64,000 nt of DNA from the human T2T-CHM13v2.0 reference genome, Homo sapiens, in the NCBI RefSeq assembly GCF_009914755.1, contig NC_060936.1; one strand, 5' to 3'. Of this stretch, positions 1 through 25,313 are shown piece after piece. Position numbers and translations under genes: made by a program. The notes beneath the pieces were generated by a model. It did no database searches, was not told the DNA's origin, and was given only the letters and a program-made list of their open reading frames with translations. Numbering within the stretch: the first letter of the stretch is position 1; each line of letters starts with the position of its first letter.

Positions 1-514
1 TGGAATTTCTTGTAAGTCAGGTTTGCAAGCAATGGATTCTCTGTAAGTCTTTGAAATGTCTTTATTTCACCTTCATTTTTGAAAGATAGCTTTGCTAGAT
101 ATCAAATTCTTGGTTGCTGGTTTTTTCTTTTAGCACTTTGAATGTCATTTCTTGCCTTCTGGCTTCTTTTGCTTCTGATGAGAAGTCAGCTGTTAATGTT
201 GCTTCCCTGTACATGATGAAGTATTGTTTTCATTTTTGTTCTTGCTGCTTTCAAGATCTTCTGGTTTTGGCTTTAATCAGTTTCACTATGATATGTCTAG
301 ATGTGGATCTCTTTGTGTGTATTGCAGCTATAATTCATTGAGCTTCCTGACTCTGTAGATACATTTAAAAAAAATCAAGTTGCAAATTGTTTTTGGTCAC
401 CATTTTTGTCCTCTTTCACATCACTTCTTCTGGGGCTTCTAATTTGTGTATAGTGGTATACTTGACATTGTTCCACACATTTCTGAGACTGTTTTACTTT
501 TTTAAAAATTTTTA

Positions 515-4217
<3,703 letters not shown>

Positions 4218-4489
4218 TGACAGCAACCTCAGGCTAGCTGAGCCCTTGGTCTTGCTTGTTTGCCACCAAGAAAGCGAACTGTTACTGCCTGCCTGTGGGT
4301 ATGGGGTTTTTCTGTGCTTTGCTTCACAAGTCAGCCCCCTCTGTCAGTGAAGCTGCTGGTTTTCATGGCTTTCCCTGCCTTGGTAGAACTACCTTTCCCA
4401 GTCACCTTGGGGGTATGTGATGGGAGCAGCCATAGACTGCCACTGTTCTTACCATAGGTTCAGTAGGTTTCTTGTGAATAACCACAGAG

Positions 4490-4975
4490 AAGATAACATT
4501 TGAAAAAAGACCTGAAGGAGATTGAGGAAGTATTCCATGTAGATAACTGTGGGAAATAACATTCCTGGCAGAGGGAACACCTTCAGAGCTCTAAGATGAG
4601 AGCATATCTAGAGTGTAAAAGGGATGATAAAGAGGCCAGTGTGGCTCCAGTGGAGTAAAGGTAAAGGAAGGACATCAGAACAGACAAGACTACTTAGGCC
4701 ACTGTAAGGACTGGCTTTTATTTTGAATGAAATGGGGAGCTGCCAGAGAGCTTTCAGCAGCAGAAGTGGGACATAATCTGTCTTATAATTTTAATAGCAG
4801 CCATAGTGAAATAGCAGCGAGAGTGGCAGAGTAGAAGACTCAGGATGAGAGATTCTCGTGATTTAGACAAGGGTAGTAGCAGTGGATGTGGTGAGAAGTG
4901 GTCCAGCTCTGGATGTATTTTAAAGGTAGAACACATGGGATTCTTCTGATGGATTGGAGGTGGTGGGGAATGAAC
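4490..4975 (-). mobile_element. L2 LINE fragment
   Basis: Purine-rich L2 phrases (cattcctggcagagggaac, ggccactgtaaggactggctttta, tggtgagaagtggtc). Confidence 0.7.
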
Positions 4976-5610
4976 AGATTCAGGTCTTTATTTAAAGGGA
5001 AATTTCCTGTTTATTGTCTGCAAATGATTTTTCTGTTCCCTATATTGAGTCCTATAATTTTTAAGTCCTTGTATTGATTCCAGTTATTCTTAGATTGGAT
5101 CATTTTTTGTTCCCTAATGTTATCTTCTATTATAATTGTTTTCTCTGTTTTTTCTTCTGAAAGGTTTGCTTCATTGCATTCATTCTATTTTCATCTGTGT
5201 CTATTCTGTTTCTTGCTATTTCTGACTTCTTATTGGATCCATAATTTTTTTCCAGTTTTTCTTTAACTTTGCAATCTGATTTACTTTCCTTCTATTTTTA
5301 TCATTTATTTTATAGCTTTTTTTGAATTCAACTTGAATTCAAATTCTTATTTGAAATATTCAAATAAGTATTCAAGGAGGAATCTGCTTTTGGTTTGAGG
5401 GTTTATATTGTTTTCCAGGTTGGGTTCTTCATCTGTTGCATGGAAATTTCTTCTCTCATTGTATTTCTCTTTTTTTATAGTAGGTTTGATAGCTGCTATG
5501 TCATTTTTATTTATCTTCTTCATGTTATATGTGGATAGCTCTGTTTGCAGCTACAGAGTATAGATGAAATAACCTTGATATGTTTCTAAACTTCTTTGGG
5601 ACCTATCTGA

Positions 5611-6036
<426 letters not shown>

Positions 6037-6613
6037 TGAGTTCTGTTCTTTTTTCTAAAATCTTATTAAGTGTGCCCTATCCAGGGGTATATTCTGTATA
6101 TTTCCATAGGCTTTGGCTGGTTCTCACAGCTTGGCTCAGTGTTCTGGAAGATGGTAAGTTTCAAATACTCACCCTGCTTTTCCTGAGGTCCCACTGTGGT
6201 TTGTAGAGGTTCTTAATCTTGATGGAATATTTTTTAAAACTTTCGCAGAATTACCTACTTGACTCTTCAGTCTCCTCTTTTCAAATTGGAAATTATTTAA
6301 TATAAGTGTACTCTCCTTTCCTTCTTGCATTGCATTTTGTAAATGTTTTTCCAGTCAGGTGCCCAGGTATGAGTTCTATAATCCTTATAATGCTTAAAAA
6401 AATTATTTTTCAGCCAGGCATGGTGGCTCATGCCTGTAATCCCACACTTCAGGAGGCGGAGGCAGACTGATCACTGGAGGTCAGGAGTTCAGGACCAGCC
6501 TGGCCAACATGGTGAAACCCTGTCTCTACTAAAAATACAAAAATTAGTCGGGTGTGGTGGCAGGTGCCTGTAGTCCCAGCTCGTTGGGAGGCTGAGACAG
6601 GTTAATCGTTTGA

Positions 6614-6787
<174 letters not shown>

Positions 6788-7176
6788 TGAGGTCAGGAGT
6801 TCAAGACCAGCCTGGCCAACATGGTGAACCCCTCTCTCTACTGAAAATACAAAAATTAGCTGGGCATGGTGGTGCATGCCTACAATTCCAGCTACACGGG
6901 AGCCTGAGGCGGAAGAAATGTTGAACCTGGGAGGTGGAGGTTGCAAATTCCATCTCGTTTTTTTTTTTTTTTTTAATTGTTAGCACATCTCTGCTGGCAG
7001 GAACTTATGCTTTCTTTACCCAGAAATCTTGGGCATGTATCTTTAAAATGTTTAGTAATATAGAAAAACAGCATTTGTATCTTTGTAATTTAAAGGAGCT
7101 TCCTGCAATATGGACTAATCTCATTTTGATGTTTCAGTTTTCCATGTTAAAATTCCTTTGCACTTCCCTCCTTTCA

Positions 7177-7957
<781 letters not shown>

Positions 7958-7965
7958 TTTCACGT

Positions 7966-7980
7966 CCCCCCCCCCCCCCC
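7966..7980 (+). repeat. Poly(C)15
   Basis: Read directly. Confidence 0.95.
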
Positions 7981-8101
7981 ATATTTTTTATAGCTATATT
8001 TGAGCTGGGAAACCTGAGGAGAGGTTAGATATAAGAAATTCTAGGCTCACACCTGTAATCCCAGCACTTTGGGAGGCCGAGGCAGGCGGATCACGAGGTC
8101 A

Positions 8102-8459
<358 letters not shown>

Positions 8460-8462
8460 TCA

Positions 8463-8777
<315 letters not shown>

Positions 8778-8995
8778 CTAAGAGAACATACTTTCTAAAC
8801 TAAGAGGATAATCTGATTCTAAGATTAACTTTTCTTAAGAAAAATTCTGCTTTTCAGCAGCTACATTGTTTCTATAGTACTTAAAAACTAGTTTTGTATA
8901 CAGAAATACAAAAGAAACCTTGTGGATATCTCAGAAATTTTGTACAGATAGTCATTACTGTAATAGTATATGTGTGTTTGTGTTTTTCCCTCCAG

Positions 8996-9238
8996 AATCT
9001 CCCTGGAAAAGGAGACATGAATGTCTGCAATGATACTTCCTGACAAGAAGTTGATACAAGAAAAGGAAAGGAGATTAACAGCTAGTGAGCAGAATTTCGA
9101 ACAGCAGGATTTCGTATTTTTTGCTTCCAACTGCACACTTCCGTTGCCCACTTTTAAATCAGAGATACCTACACTCAAAACCCAGACAAGGCAAAAGGAT
9201 ACTTTTCTTGTATATTTTTTGAGATCGAAGAAACGACA
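8996..9238 (+). other. SPATS2: SPATS2 5'UTR part of first coding exon (exon 8996-9263)
   Basis: Acceptor tgtttttccctccAG ends 8995; exon runs to the donor G|gtaag at 9263/9264; 243 nt precede the ATG at 9239. Confidence 0.88.
9017..9043 (+). promoter_or_regulatory. uORF1 in SPATS2 5'UTR (MNVCNDTS*)
   Basis: gacATGa ... TGA read directly; same frame as the main CDS but stops 195 nt before it. Translation is not demonstrated. Confidence 0.6.
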
Positions 9239-9263
9239 ATGTCCAGGAAACAGAACCAGAAGG
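9021..9263 (+). CDS. Candidate overlapping upstream ORF, first part (81 codons; continues 32802-32873 after splicing; 104 aa total)
   Basis: ORF-track entry 9021..9293; ATGs at 9021 and 9030; out of frame with SPATS2; phase 0 at the donor. Translation is inferred only. Confidence 0.45.
9239..9263 (+). CDS. SPATS2: SPATS2 coding exon 1 (MSRKQNQK + 1 nt)
   Basis: acaATGt context (A at -3); 25 nt; donor gtaag; phase 1 joins the next exon to give Asp; matches the recognised SPATS2 N-terminus. Confidence 0.93.
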
Positions 9264-10425
9264 GTAAGATTACATGTGGGCATAAATTGTTAAAAGCATA
9301 GTTATAATGATCCCCATTTATAGCTGTATATTTAAAAACTGTCCTTCTAATGTGTTTTGAATGGTTTTACAAGTATTTATGGATATTAGATTATCGCTTT
9401 GTGTATTACTAGTCTGGGAATTAATTCATATAACAATAGCTTTTCTACTCACACAAACTTAGCAAATTGTAATATGCTTAACAATCTTGAAGATGCATTT
9501 TTGAATACTGAACATATGTTAGGGAGATGTGTTAAGAGGGCTAGCTTGCTGCAGGATATTCTATGTTGTTTGAGTTGGCATTTTTCTAGAGAAAGGCAGT
9601 GGAGCAAGAGTAAATGTTTCTGGGTTTTGTTTCCTTCTTTAGCTTTCCTTCCGGGAATGTTCTTCTAGCTTCTTATCTAAAGTGAAATACAAGGTGCAAA
9701 GAGTCAGGAAATAGAAGGGTAGTTATAATGGAGGGAAGGACAACAAAGACTTTGTAAAACCTTTTTCTACTTTTCTAGAATAGCTGCAAAAATTTCAAGG
9801 GACAAAGTGAACAACAGCACTAGAACTATTGTACATAATTGGAATATATTGATTAAAAGAATGATCATAGATATCTTGGCGTTTTCCCCTCATTCAATTT
9901 AATTTCCAGTTCAAAGTTAATGTTCTTTAATTCAAAGCAAAGCTATTCATAGATCCAGGTCTCACATGTTAAATATGAAGAAAATTCTTTTAAACCTAAT
10001 TTTGACTTGGTAATTCAAAAACCTTATAAGAAAGTAAATAAACCAGATTTGTAGTTGTAGCTTCATTGTGTAGTAAATCTATAGGAAGAATCTGAGCTCT
10101 AAGGAATGCTTAGATTACTAAAGCTGAACTGTTCTGTGGAATGAAATTTACCAACGGAAAAGTTTTTTTTAATAACCCAAGTTTGTTTTTTCTTAGTTGT
10201 TATAATTCAGTTTGTTTTTTCCCAGTTATGCTTGAAACATTGAGCATCTGTTTTCACCCTGCAAATGAGAAATACTATAGTAAAAATAGGGTTCTGGAAA
10301 AGTTGAGCATTTAATTTTTCCAAAAAAAAAGTTAACTTCAGCAAATTACTTTGACCTTTTTAAAACTAGAGAGTCTTTATTTCATGTCTGTGTTTTGCCA
10401 GAGCTGTAGAAAAAAAGTATCATTG

Positions 10426-11273
10426 TGAAGCAGGATATTTCCCTGGCCCCTTTGCAGGAGTCTCTCCTTTACTCAGCCTGCCTCTCTCAACTCCTCACAG
10501 GAAGGAGAGCGCGAGTGAACAAGGAAGGAACTGGAGGGCATGAGTGCTGGAACCGGCTGGCTGCTTCAGTACCAGCAGGGGTGAACTCTGTGTGGGCCCC
10601 GTGGCAGCATCCAGGCTGTGGGGTGCCTGTGACCCCCGAAGCTCCAGAGGGCATGTTACAGTGCTCTTCTGGCTCTGCCATTTGTGGACGGCTTAAGTGT
10701 TAACAGCTCAGTGGGCCCTTTCCCCCCGTGTGTGGGGTGGCTGCCCTCTGCCAGCAAGGGCAAAGGGCCAGTGTGACAGCCTTTTGTATCTGCACTCGTG
10801 GCTCCTGAGCTCTTGTCTGGTGTCCAGGAAAAATGAGGTCACACGAATGAATTGAAGGATGGTAAATGCGGGAGATTTTATTGCTGATGAAAGTGGCTTT
10901 TAGCAGGAAGGGGAGCTGAAAAGGGGTTGGTGGGGTGCGGGTAGATAATCTTTCCCTGAAGTCCAGCTGTCTCCAGCTAGTTTTTTCTCCAAAGTTACAC
11001 CATCAAGCTGTCCCTCTAAAGTCAACCCACTTCTCTCCGACATCCTGACGTCCAGCTAGTTCTCCTCTCTGCCAGCTGAGTCTGGGGTCTTTATAGGCAC
11101 AGAATGGGGCAGGGTGGGGCCATGGGTGGTTTAGGAAAAGGCAACAAACAGGAAAACAGAGATATAAGTTCTCACATTGGGCCAAGGTTTCAGGCATTTT
11201 GGCTTGAGGGTGGCGTTTTAACCGGTGACCCACCCTTTTCTGCCTAGAATTTCTCTGCCTCCTGTCCCCATCA
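10426..11273 (-). mobile_element. Solo LTR of the LTR1-related group (LTR27/LTR28-like, ERV1)
   Basis: Minus strand starts TGATGGGGACAGGAGGCAGAGAAATTCTAGG, has TATAAA and AATAAA, ends CTTCA; near-TSD attg/gttg. Confidence 0.75.
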
Positions 11274-11443
11274 GTTGCTTTTTTCTAATTACTATAAAAT
11301 GAATTTAAATATTAACTATAAAAGAATTTAAATTTTAGACTACAACATAGGCCGGGTCTGGTGGCTCACGCCTATAATCCCAGCACTTTGGGAGGCCGAG
11401 GTGGGTGGGTCACAAGGTCAGGAGATTGAGACCATGCTGGCTA

Positions 11444-11662
<219 letters not shown>

Positions 11663-12324
11663 CTACAACATAGACACTAAGTGCTTACCAGTTTTGGTTG
11701 AACTTAGCCTAGATTTACACTTAGTTGGAAACAAAGTAAAGCTTATGTGTTGTTGGGACTTTCTCTGAAACAAATCTATGCATGTAATTCATTTGCATGT
11801 CTGATATTTGGTCCCATGACATATAAAATATTACAACATTTCATTTATTCATTTATACGTTTAAAGTGTCATTGCTTTGGGTTTTAGTAGTCTAATCTGT
11901 AAATACACTGACTTTATCAACTTGGTTATACTACATTAAAAAGAAGGGTCTATGGTAGTCATTGTTCTTAGTGGTATTTCATTTACAGGCTCTCATTTTG
12001 TAATGAGTTATGTTTTTATTCAGCAATAGACCATGTTTTCATATTTTCCTTTTGTCAGTAATACTTGTAAATTCCTTATTTAATGAAATACTTAGTGGAG
12101 TTAAACTTGAACAGCTTAAATTAAATTAAGTCAGTTTCAGTTAAAACTATTGATTACTCCAAGCCTATTAGCCAATATCTAGCAGAAGTCAGAGCTGTGC
12201 TTCTTAGAGTGTGGGCTGTAGACCCTATTCCTGTCTGTGAACTGGAGAAGTATATAGAAATGAAGAGTGTTTAGGAACTCTTTGATAGTGATTTGACAGT
12301 GTGGCAACATCTAAGCCCTTTTAA

Positions 12325-15270
<2,946 letters not shown>

Positions 15271-16198
15271 TTTTTTTTTTTTTTTTTTTTTTTTTTGATG
15301 GAGTCTCACTGTCATCCAGGCTGGAGTGCAGCAGCACAATCTCGGCTGACTGCAGCCTCTGCCTCCCAGGTTCAGGAGATTTCCCCTGCCTCAACCTCCC
15401 GATAGCTGGGACTACAGGCCCACACCACCATGCCTGGCTAATTTTTTTTTTTTTTTTTTTTGTATTTTTAGTAGAGACGGGGTTTCACCGTGTTAGCCAG
15501 GATGGTCTCGATATCCTGACCTCGTGATCCGCCCACCTTGGCCTTCCAAAGTGCTGGGATTATAGGCGTGAGCCACTGCGCCTGTCCCAGATATGTATAA
15601 CTCTTTATATTTTCCTGACTGATCTCTGAGTCTAGCACTGGTTAGAAGAAAGCAGACTTGGGGAGTAATTCAAGGTTGGAAGTGGGCTTGTTTGTGATTC
15701 CCACAGATTGCTAATGCACTTTACATTGTTCCTAATTTCCTCTGAAGACAGACTCTAGAGATTAGGGAAGGATGAGATCAAGCCATTATAACTTGTTTTA
15801 TATTTTGGGAGTCCTGATTTTGTCAGATGATATTTTTCTCCTGTATCTGACTATATATCAGAATCATCTTGAACATTTAAAACATCTTTTTGCATCTCTC
15901 TCTCTGGGGATGGTACACTAGACTCTTTTTTTCTTTTTTTTTGAGACGGAGTCTCGCTCTGTCGCCCAGGCTAGAGTGCAGTGCAGTGGCGCGATCTTGG
16001 CTCACTGCTAGCTCTGCCTCCTGGGTCTATGCCATTCTCCTGCCTCAGCCTCCTGAGTAGCTGGGTCTCCTGCCTGAGCCTCCTGAGTAGCTGGGACTAC
16101 AGGCACCTGCCACCACGCCCGGCTAATTTTTTGTATTTTTAGTAGAGACGGGGTTTCACGGTATTAGCCAGGATGGTCTCGATCTCCTGACCTCGTGA

Positions 16199-17007
<809 letters not shown>

Positions 17008-17302
17008 TAATTTTGCTGAGCTATAGAACTTTTGAGAACTGTGGTAATGTGGTATAATTATTTTTAATAGATGTGTTTGAAAGTAACCATAAGTCCACTT
17101 CTTTCTTCTTTTATAAGTTCTGTAACCATTTGATTTACATAAAGGAGTACTTAATAAAAATCTTTACAAAGTAAAATAAGGCTGGGTACAGTGGCTTACA
17201 CCTGTAATCTCAGCACCTCTGGGAGGCTGAGGCAGGAGTATGTATCACTTGAGATCAGGAGTTTGAAACTAGCCTGAGTAACACAGTGAGACCCCATCTC
17301 TA

Positions 17303-17734
<432 letters not shown>

Positions 17735-18253
17735 CTATGGGCTGGGTCTCTAAAAAAAAAAAAAAAAAAAGAAAAAACAAAGTAAAATAAAACTTTTCAC
17801 AGCTGAGAAATATGGGCCAGGCACAGTGGCTCACATCTGTAATTCCAGCACTTTAGGAGGCTGAGGCGGGCAGATCACTTGAGGTCAGGAGTTCAAGACC
17901 AGCCTGGCCAACATGGTGAAACCCCATCTCTGTTAAAATACAAATTAGCTGAGCGTGGTGCTGCACGCCTGTAATCCCAGCTGCTTGGGAGACTGAGGCA
18001 GGAGAATTGCTTGAACCCAGGAGGCAGAGGTTATAGTAAGCCAAGGTCACGCCACTGCACCCCAGCTTGGGCAACAGAGTGAGATTCTGTCTCAAAAAAA
18101 AAAGAAGGAAAAAACATGCAACTCAACACTCTCTCCCTGAAAAATGTTTGATTTTTCATTCATCTCATTCAAAAAGGTTGAACTGTACTTTTTTGACAAC
18201 TCAAAGACAAGATTTTATTCTGGCTACCAAGTTGTTTCTCCTTTTTTTTTTGA

Positions 18254-18532
<279 letters not shown>

Positions 18533-19189
18533 TGACCCCATTTCTCATTTTTAGGAGTAATTTTTTTCTATGTGAAATAGACTGGTTTTATTGATAGTGC
18601 TAGAAATGTTTTGAGCCTTTTGTTCACTTCCACCTGAAGTATTTACATTATTTATATACCATTTTAAGTCTATTATTTTCTCTAAAAGTTAAATTCCAAA
18701 CTAAATTGTAAATTATATTTGTGGTTTTGGTACAAATTAAAACAATAATAGAGATCAGAGAAAGAAAAATATAACTTAGGAGCAGTTCACCAGCTGGTAA
18801 ATCAACTGCATTTGCTTCTCATGTACCTTCTGGTTCTTATCTGTTAGCAAGACTTCTTAAATTCTGCCTAGTGATAATCATGCCATAAGATCATCTCCTT
18901 CAGTTACCTTTTTTTGAGTGTGTCCCAACCACCTAGTACAGTTAGTTGTGTATGATCTTCTTGAGGAGCAATCAGAAGAGACTTGTGAAATATCATTAGC
19001 CTGTTAGCCTTGTTCCAGTGTTTTGTTGCTTACCCATCAAAACTTTAAACTTATATTCAGCATATTTGTTTCTGCCTTAATTTAAGCTCAGACTTCCTTT
19101 GTAGCTTCAAGGGAATAAAGAACAATTGTGTGACATCCTCTTTTTTAAAAACTTTGAAGGTAAATAAGAAAGGCAATGTGAACATGAGT

Positions 19190-19445
19190 AATAGTATAAA
19201 ACACTGACTGTTAGAACCAAACAAACTCAATTTTTAAATTCCATCTCTGTCACTAGCTAGTTAGGCTGTCCTAGCAAGCTAGGAAATCTCTTTACTGCTC
19301 TAGGTCTCCTCTTCCTTTCCTGTAAAATGGCAAGATTGCAGAAGACTTGTATGTAGGGATATCAAGAGGATTAACTGAGATGATTCATGTAGAGCTCCTT
19401 CACAGTGTCTAGCAGAATGAAGCACTCATTAATGCCAGCTGCTGT
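19190..19445. mobile_element. MIR SINE
   Basis: Core-like ttcctgtaaaatgg...gaggattaactgagatgattcatgtagag...cacagtgtctagca. Confidence 0.6.
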
Positions 19446-20569
19446 TATGGTGGTCTGTTTAGCCTTTTTCAACTTGAGACCATTTATAATTCCTGTAACT
19501 CAGTAGTTCTCACCTGTTAGACCCATTGTTCCCTTTTTATTTATTTTTTATTATTATCTTTTGAGACAGAGCCTTGCTCCATCAACCAGGCTGAAATGCA
19601 GTGGCACAGTCAGCTCACTGCAGCCTCAAACATTTGAGCTCAAGCGATCATCCTGCCTTAGCCTCTTGAGTAGCTGAGACCACAGGAAAGCACCTTGCTA
19701 ATTTTTTAAAAAATTTTTATAGAGACAGGATCTCACTGTGTTGCCTAAGCAGGTATCAAGTTTTAGGTTTCAAGTGATCTTCCTGGCTTGGCCTCCCAAA
19801 GTGCTTGGATTACAGGTGCAAGCCACTGTGCCTGGCCAAAATTTGTGTTTTAACCATTTTTAAGTGTATAGCTCAGTGGCATTAGTACACTCCCATTGTT
19901 GTACAACCATTACTGTCATTCATGTCCAGAACTGTTTTCATATTGTAAAACTGAAACTCTATACCCATTAAACAGTAACTTACCATTCCCTCCCAGTTGT
20001 TGGCAACCACCATTCTACCTACTGTCTTTGTGAATTTGACTACTCTAGGTAACACATATTTAAGTGAGATTAAGCTGGGTGCAGTGGCTCGTACCTGGAT
20101 TCCCAGTACTTTGGGAGGGTCATTTGAGCCCAGGAGTTTGAAACCAGCCTGGGCAACACAGTGAGACCCTGTCTCTACAAAAAAATTTAAAAAATTACCC
20201 AGGGCATGGTGGGGCGTGTCTTTAGTCCCTGCTTCTTGGGAGGCTGAGGTGGGAGGATCACATAAGCCCAGGAGGTTGAGTCTATAGTGAGCCAAGGTTG
20301 CGCCAGTGCACTCCAGCGTGGGTGACAGAGCAAGACTCTTTGTCTCAAAAGCGCCCCCCAAAACAAAAATTTATTATTGAAAAGTTTAAAATTATAAAAA
20401 TAGAGGAGTATGAGGAACTCCTATATACCTATAACTCAGGTTCAATAATTAGCTACATATGGCTATTTTTTTTTGTCTGTCTTTCCACCCACCTCCAATG
20501 GGTTTATTTTGAAGCAACTTTCTCCCACTATCTTAAGGAAAGACTTTAAAAATAAAACATAAAATATAC

Positions 20570-22350
<1,781 letters not shown>

Positions 22351-22989
22351 AGGACATTTCATTTGGCCAGAACAGGCTTAATTAAACAAGTGTGTTACTT
22401 ACATAGAGTGTCTCTTATCTTCACAAGTTTAACACTTAAAGCTGCCTTGTGATAATTTTAACAATTAGTTGGAGACAGGAATATTTATAATTGAAGTTGA
22501 TTATTGACTTCTAAGTCGGTTTAAGAAAAAAGAATCTGACAGGTTTAATTCTCATTGATATGAAGGTTAATGAGTGAAGAGTGACAGATTTTGCAGTGCT
22601 GTAGTGTTATGAGAAAGGTCATGGTTTAGTTGGAGACAGAAGCATGCAATTAGGATTGACCTATTCATTTCTGTACTTTGAAGCAAGGTAGATGGGTGGA
22701 GAGGGAAAGCATTCACTCTTTTACAGTTCTAAAAGGAATATCCAAAACAAAGTCTTTTATAACAACAAACAACTTCTCTCAGATCTAAACTGGAATTAGT
22801 GCTATTATGTATGAAATGAAACACAGATTTAAAATAAGAAATCATTTCCCATTCCTCACTGTCCAGATTCTTACTAGCTATTCTGTACTGATCTTAGTTA
22901 ACTGGAAGTTTAATACCTGGTTGTCTATCACTGGCAGAATAGATAAATAAATAATGGCATAATCATACAATGAAATATTATTCAGTGAT

Positions 22990-23344
22990 TGTATTAGTCT
23001 GTTTTTTTGCTGCTGATAAAGACATATCCGAAACTGGGCGATTTACAAAAGAAAGAGGTTTATTGGATTTACAGTTCCACGTGACTGGGGAGGCCTCACA
23101 ATCTTGGCGGAAGGCAAGGAGGAGCAAGTCACATCTTAATGTGTATCTCTATTTGCAACAGGCAGAGAAACTCCCGTTTTTAAAACCATCAGATCTCATA
23201 AGACCTATTCACTGTCACAAGAGCAGCACAGGAAAGACCTGCACCCATGATTCAGTCATCTCCCACCGGGTCTGTCCCACAACACATGGGAATTATGGGA
23301 GCTACAAGATGACATTTGGGTGGGGACGCAGAGCCAAACCATAT
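22990..23344 (-). mobile_element. THE1 (MaLR) solo LTR
   Basis: tgtattagtc...gctgctgataaagacata...tttgggtggggacgcagagccaaaccatat; terminal CA and right TSD are missing. Confidence 0.88.
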
Positions 23345-23632
23345 GAAAATGAATAAGCTGCCTTTACTTGCAAGAACATAAGATGAGTCTGACAATATGA
23401 TGTTAAGCAAAAATCCAAATGCACGCCAAAAATAAAATGCATACAGGGTTATTCCTTTATAGATAAAGGTAAAACTAAACCATAATATTTAGGGATATAT
23501 GCTTAAGTTGTATGAATTATAACAAAGTATTAAAGATACTTTAATTTTTTGACTTACAGAATTGAATTTCTTTGAGTATTCTTGTTGCTACAAAAAAATT
23601 ACAATTGAATTTCTTTACTGGTGTACTGGTAG

Positions 23633-23867
<235 letters not shown>

Positions 23868-24137
23868 TAGTCTCTAACTCCTGAACTCAGGCAATCCACC
23901 CGCCTTGGCCTCCCAAAGTGCTGGGATTACAGGCATGAGCCACTGTGCCCAGCCTGGTAGACTTCTTAAGAATCTGAAAGACAGAGAGGAATAGGAAGGA
24001 ATTTTTTTTAAAACTGCATTTCATTTCGTATGTAGGAAAACAAATTCCAGGCTAATGAGAGATGTCCTGGAGACAGAAGAGGGGGCATTAAAGTCAATAT
24101 CATTGCCTCCTGGCTGTTCTCTAGAGTATAGTACTAA

Positions 24138-24934
24138 TGATAGGGAAGTCGGGAAGGGAAGTGCTGGGAAGGGAAGGGCTGTGGTCCCTTTAAATGATAT
24201 GGAAGGGTGGAAGGGCATGGTCCCTGGCTAGGGCTCCATCCTGGGCCTAAGACCTAGGTGAGGATAGGCATTTTTGTTTTCCTGGCCAAATGTTGCATTT
24301 CCCAAGACCACCCTGGCCTGCCACGCCCCCATCCTGTGCCTATAAAAACCCAGAGACCCCAGCAGGAAGACACACAGGTGGCTGGACGTGGAGAGGAGCA
24401 CGTCAGGGGAGGAACACACAGGCGGCTGGAGGTAGAGAGGAATGCAACGACAGTCACCCGCACGCCAGCAGGTCACCAACCGGCAGAATGACATGGAGTT
24501 TGGCTGGGGCAGTAGGAGGAGAGCCTGGTCCGCCTAGTGGCCCGACTCCAGGGAAAAACCGTCTCCCTTCTGGCTCCCCCATCTGCCGAGAGCTACTTCC
24601 ACTCAATAAAACCTTGCACTCATTCTTCAAGCCCATGTGTAATCTGATTCTTCTGGTACAAGGCAAGAAACCCCAGGATACAGAAATCCCTCTGTCCCTG
24701 TGATAAGACAGGGGTCTAATTGACACAACACAAGCTGCCTATGGATGGTAGGTTGCTAAACCGAAAGAGCATCCTGTAACACACACCCACTGGGGCTTCA
24801 GCTGTAAACATTCACCCCTAGACACTGCCTGTCCGTATGCTCCCCTAGAGGTTTGAGCAGCAGGGCACTGAAGAAGCGAGCCACACCCCCACTGCATGCC
24901 CTGTGAGGGGGACAAGGGAACTTTTCCTGTTGCA
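24138..24934 (+). mobile_element. LTR1-family solo LTR (ERV1)
   Basis: TG...CA, perfect 4-bp TSD CTAA (24134-37 and 24935-38), ccacgcccc box, TATAAAA at ~24341, AATAAA at ~24605. Confidence 0.85.
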
Positions 24935-25005
24935 CTAAGAAGGTTTGTGAAAGGTGGACTGACTTGGAGGAATTGACGGGATTATTACCAGAACAAACCT
25001 TTTAA

Positions 25006-25101
<96 letters not shown>

Positions 25102-25157
25102 TGAGGTCAGGAGTTTGAAACCAGCCTGACCAACATGGAGAAACCTTGTTTCTACTA

Positions 25158-25313
<156 letters not shown>

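Noticed and set aside
16036-16095. Short tandem duplications inside Alus (30 nt here; also ~8107-8142 and ~56676-56693)
   Set aside because: Ordinary slippage; not AluYb-diagnostic.
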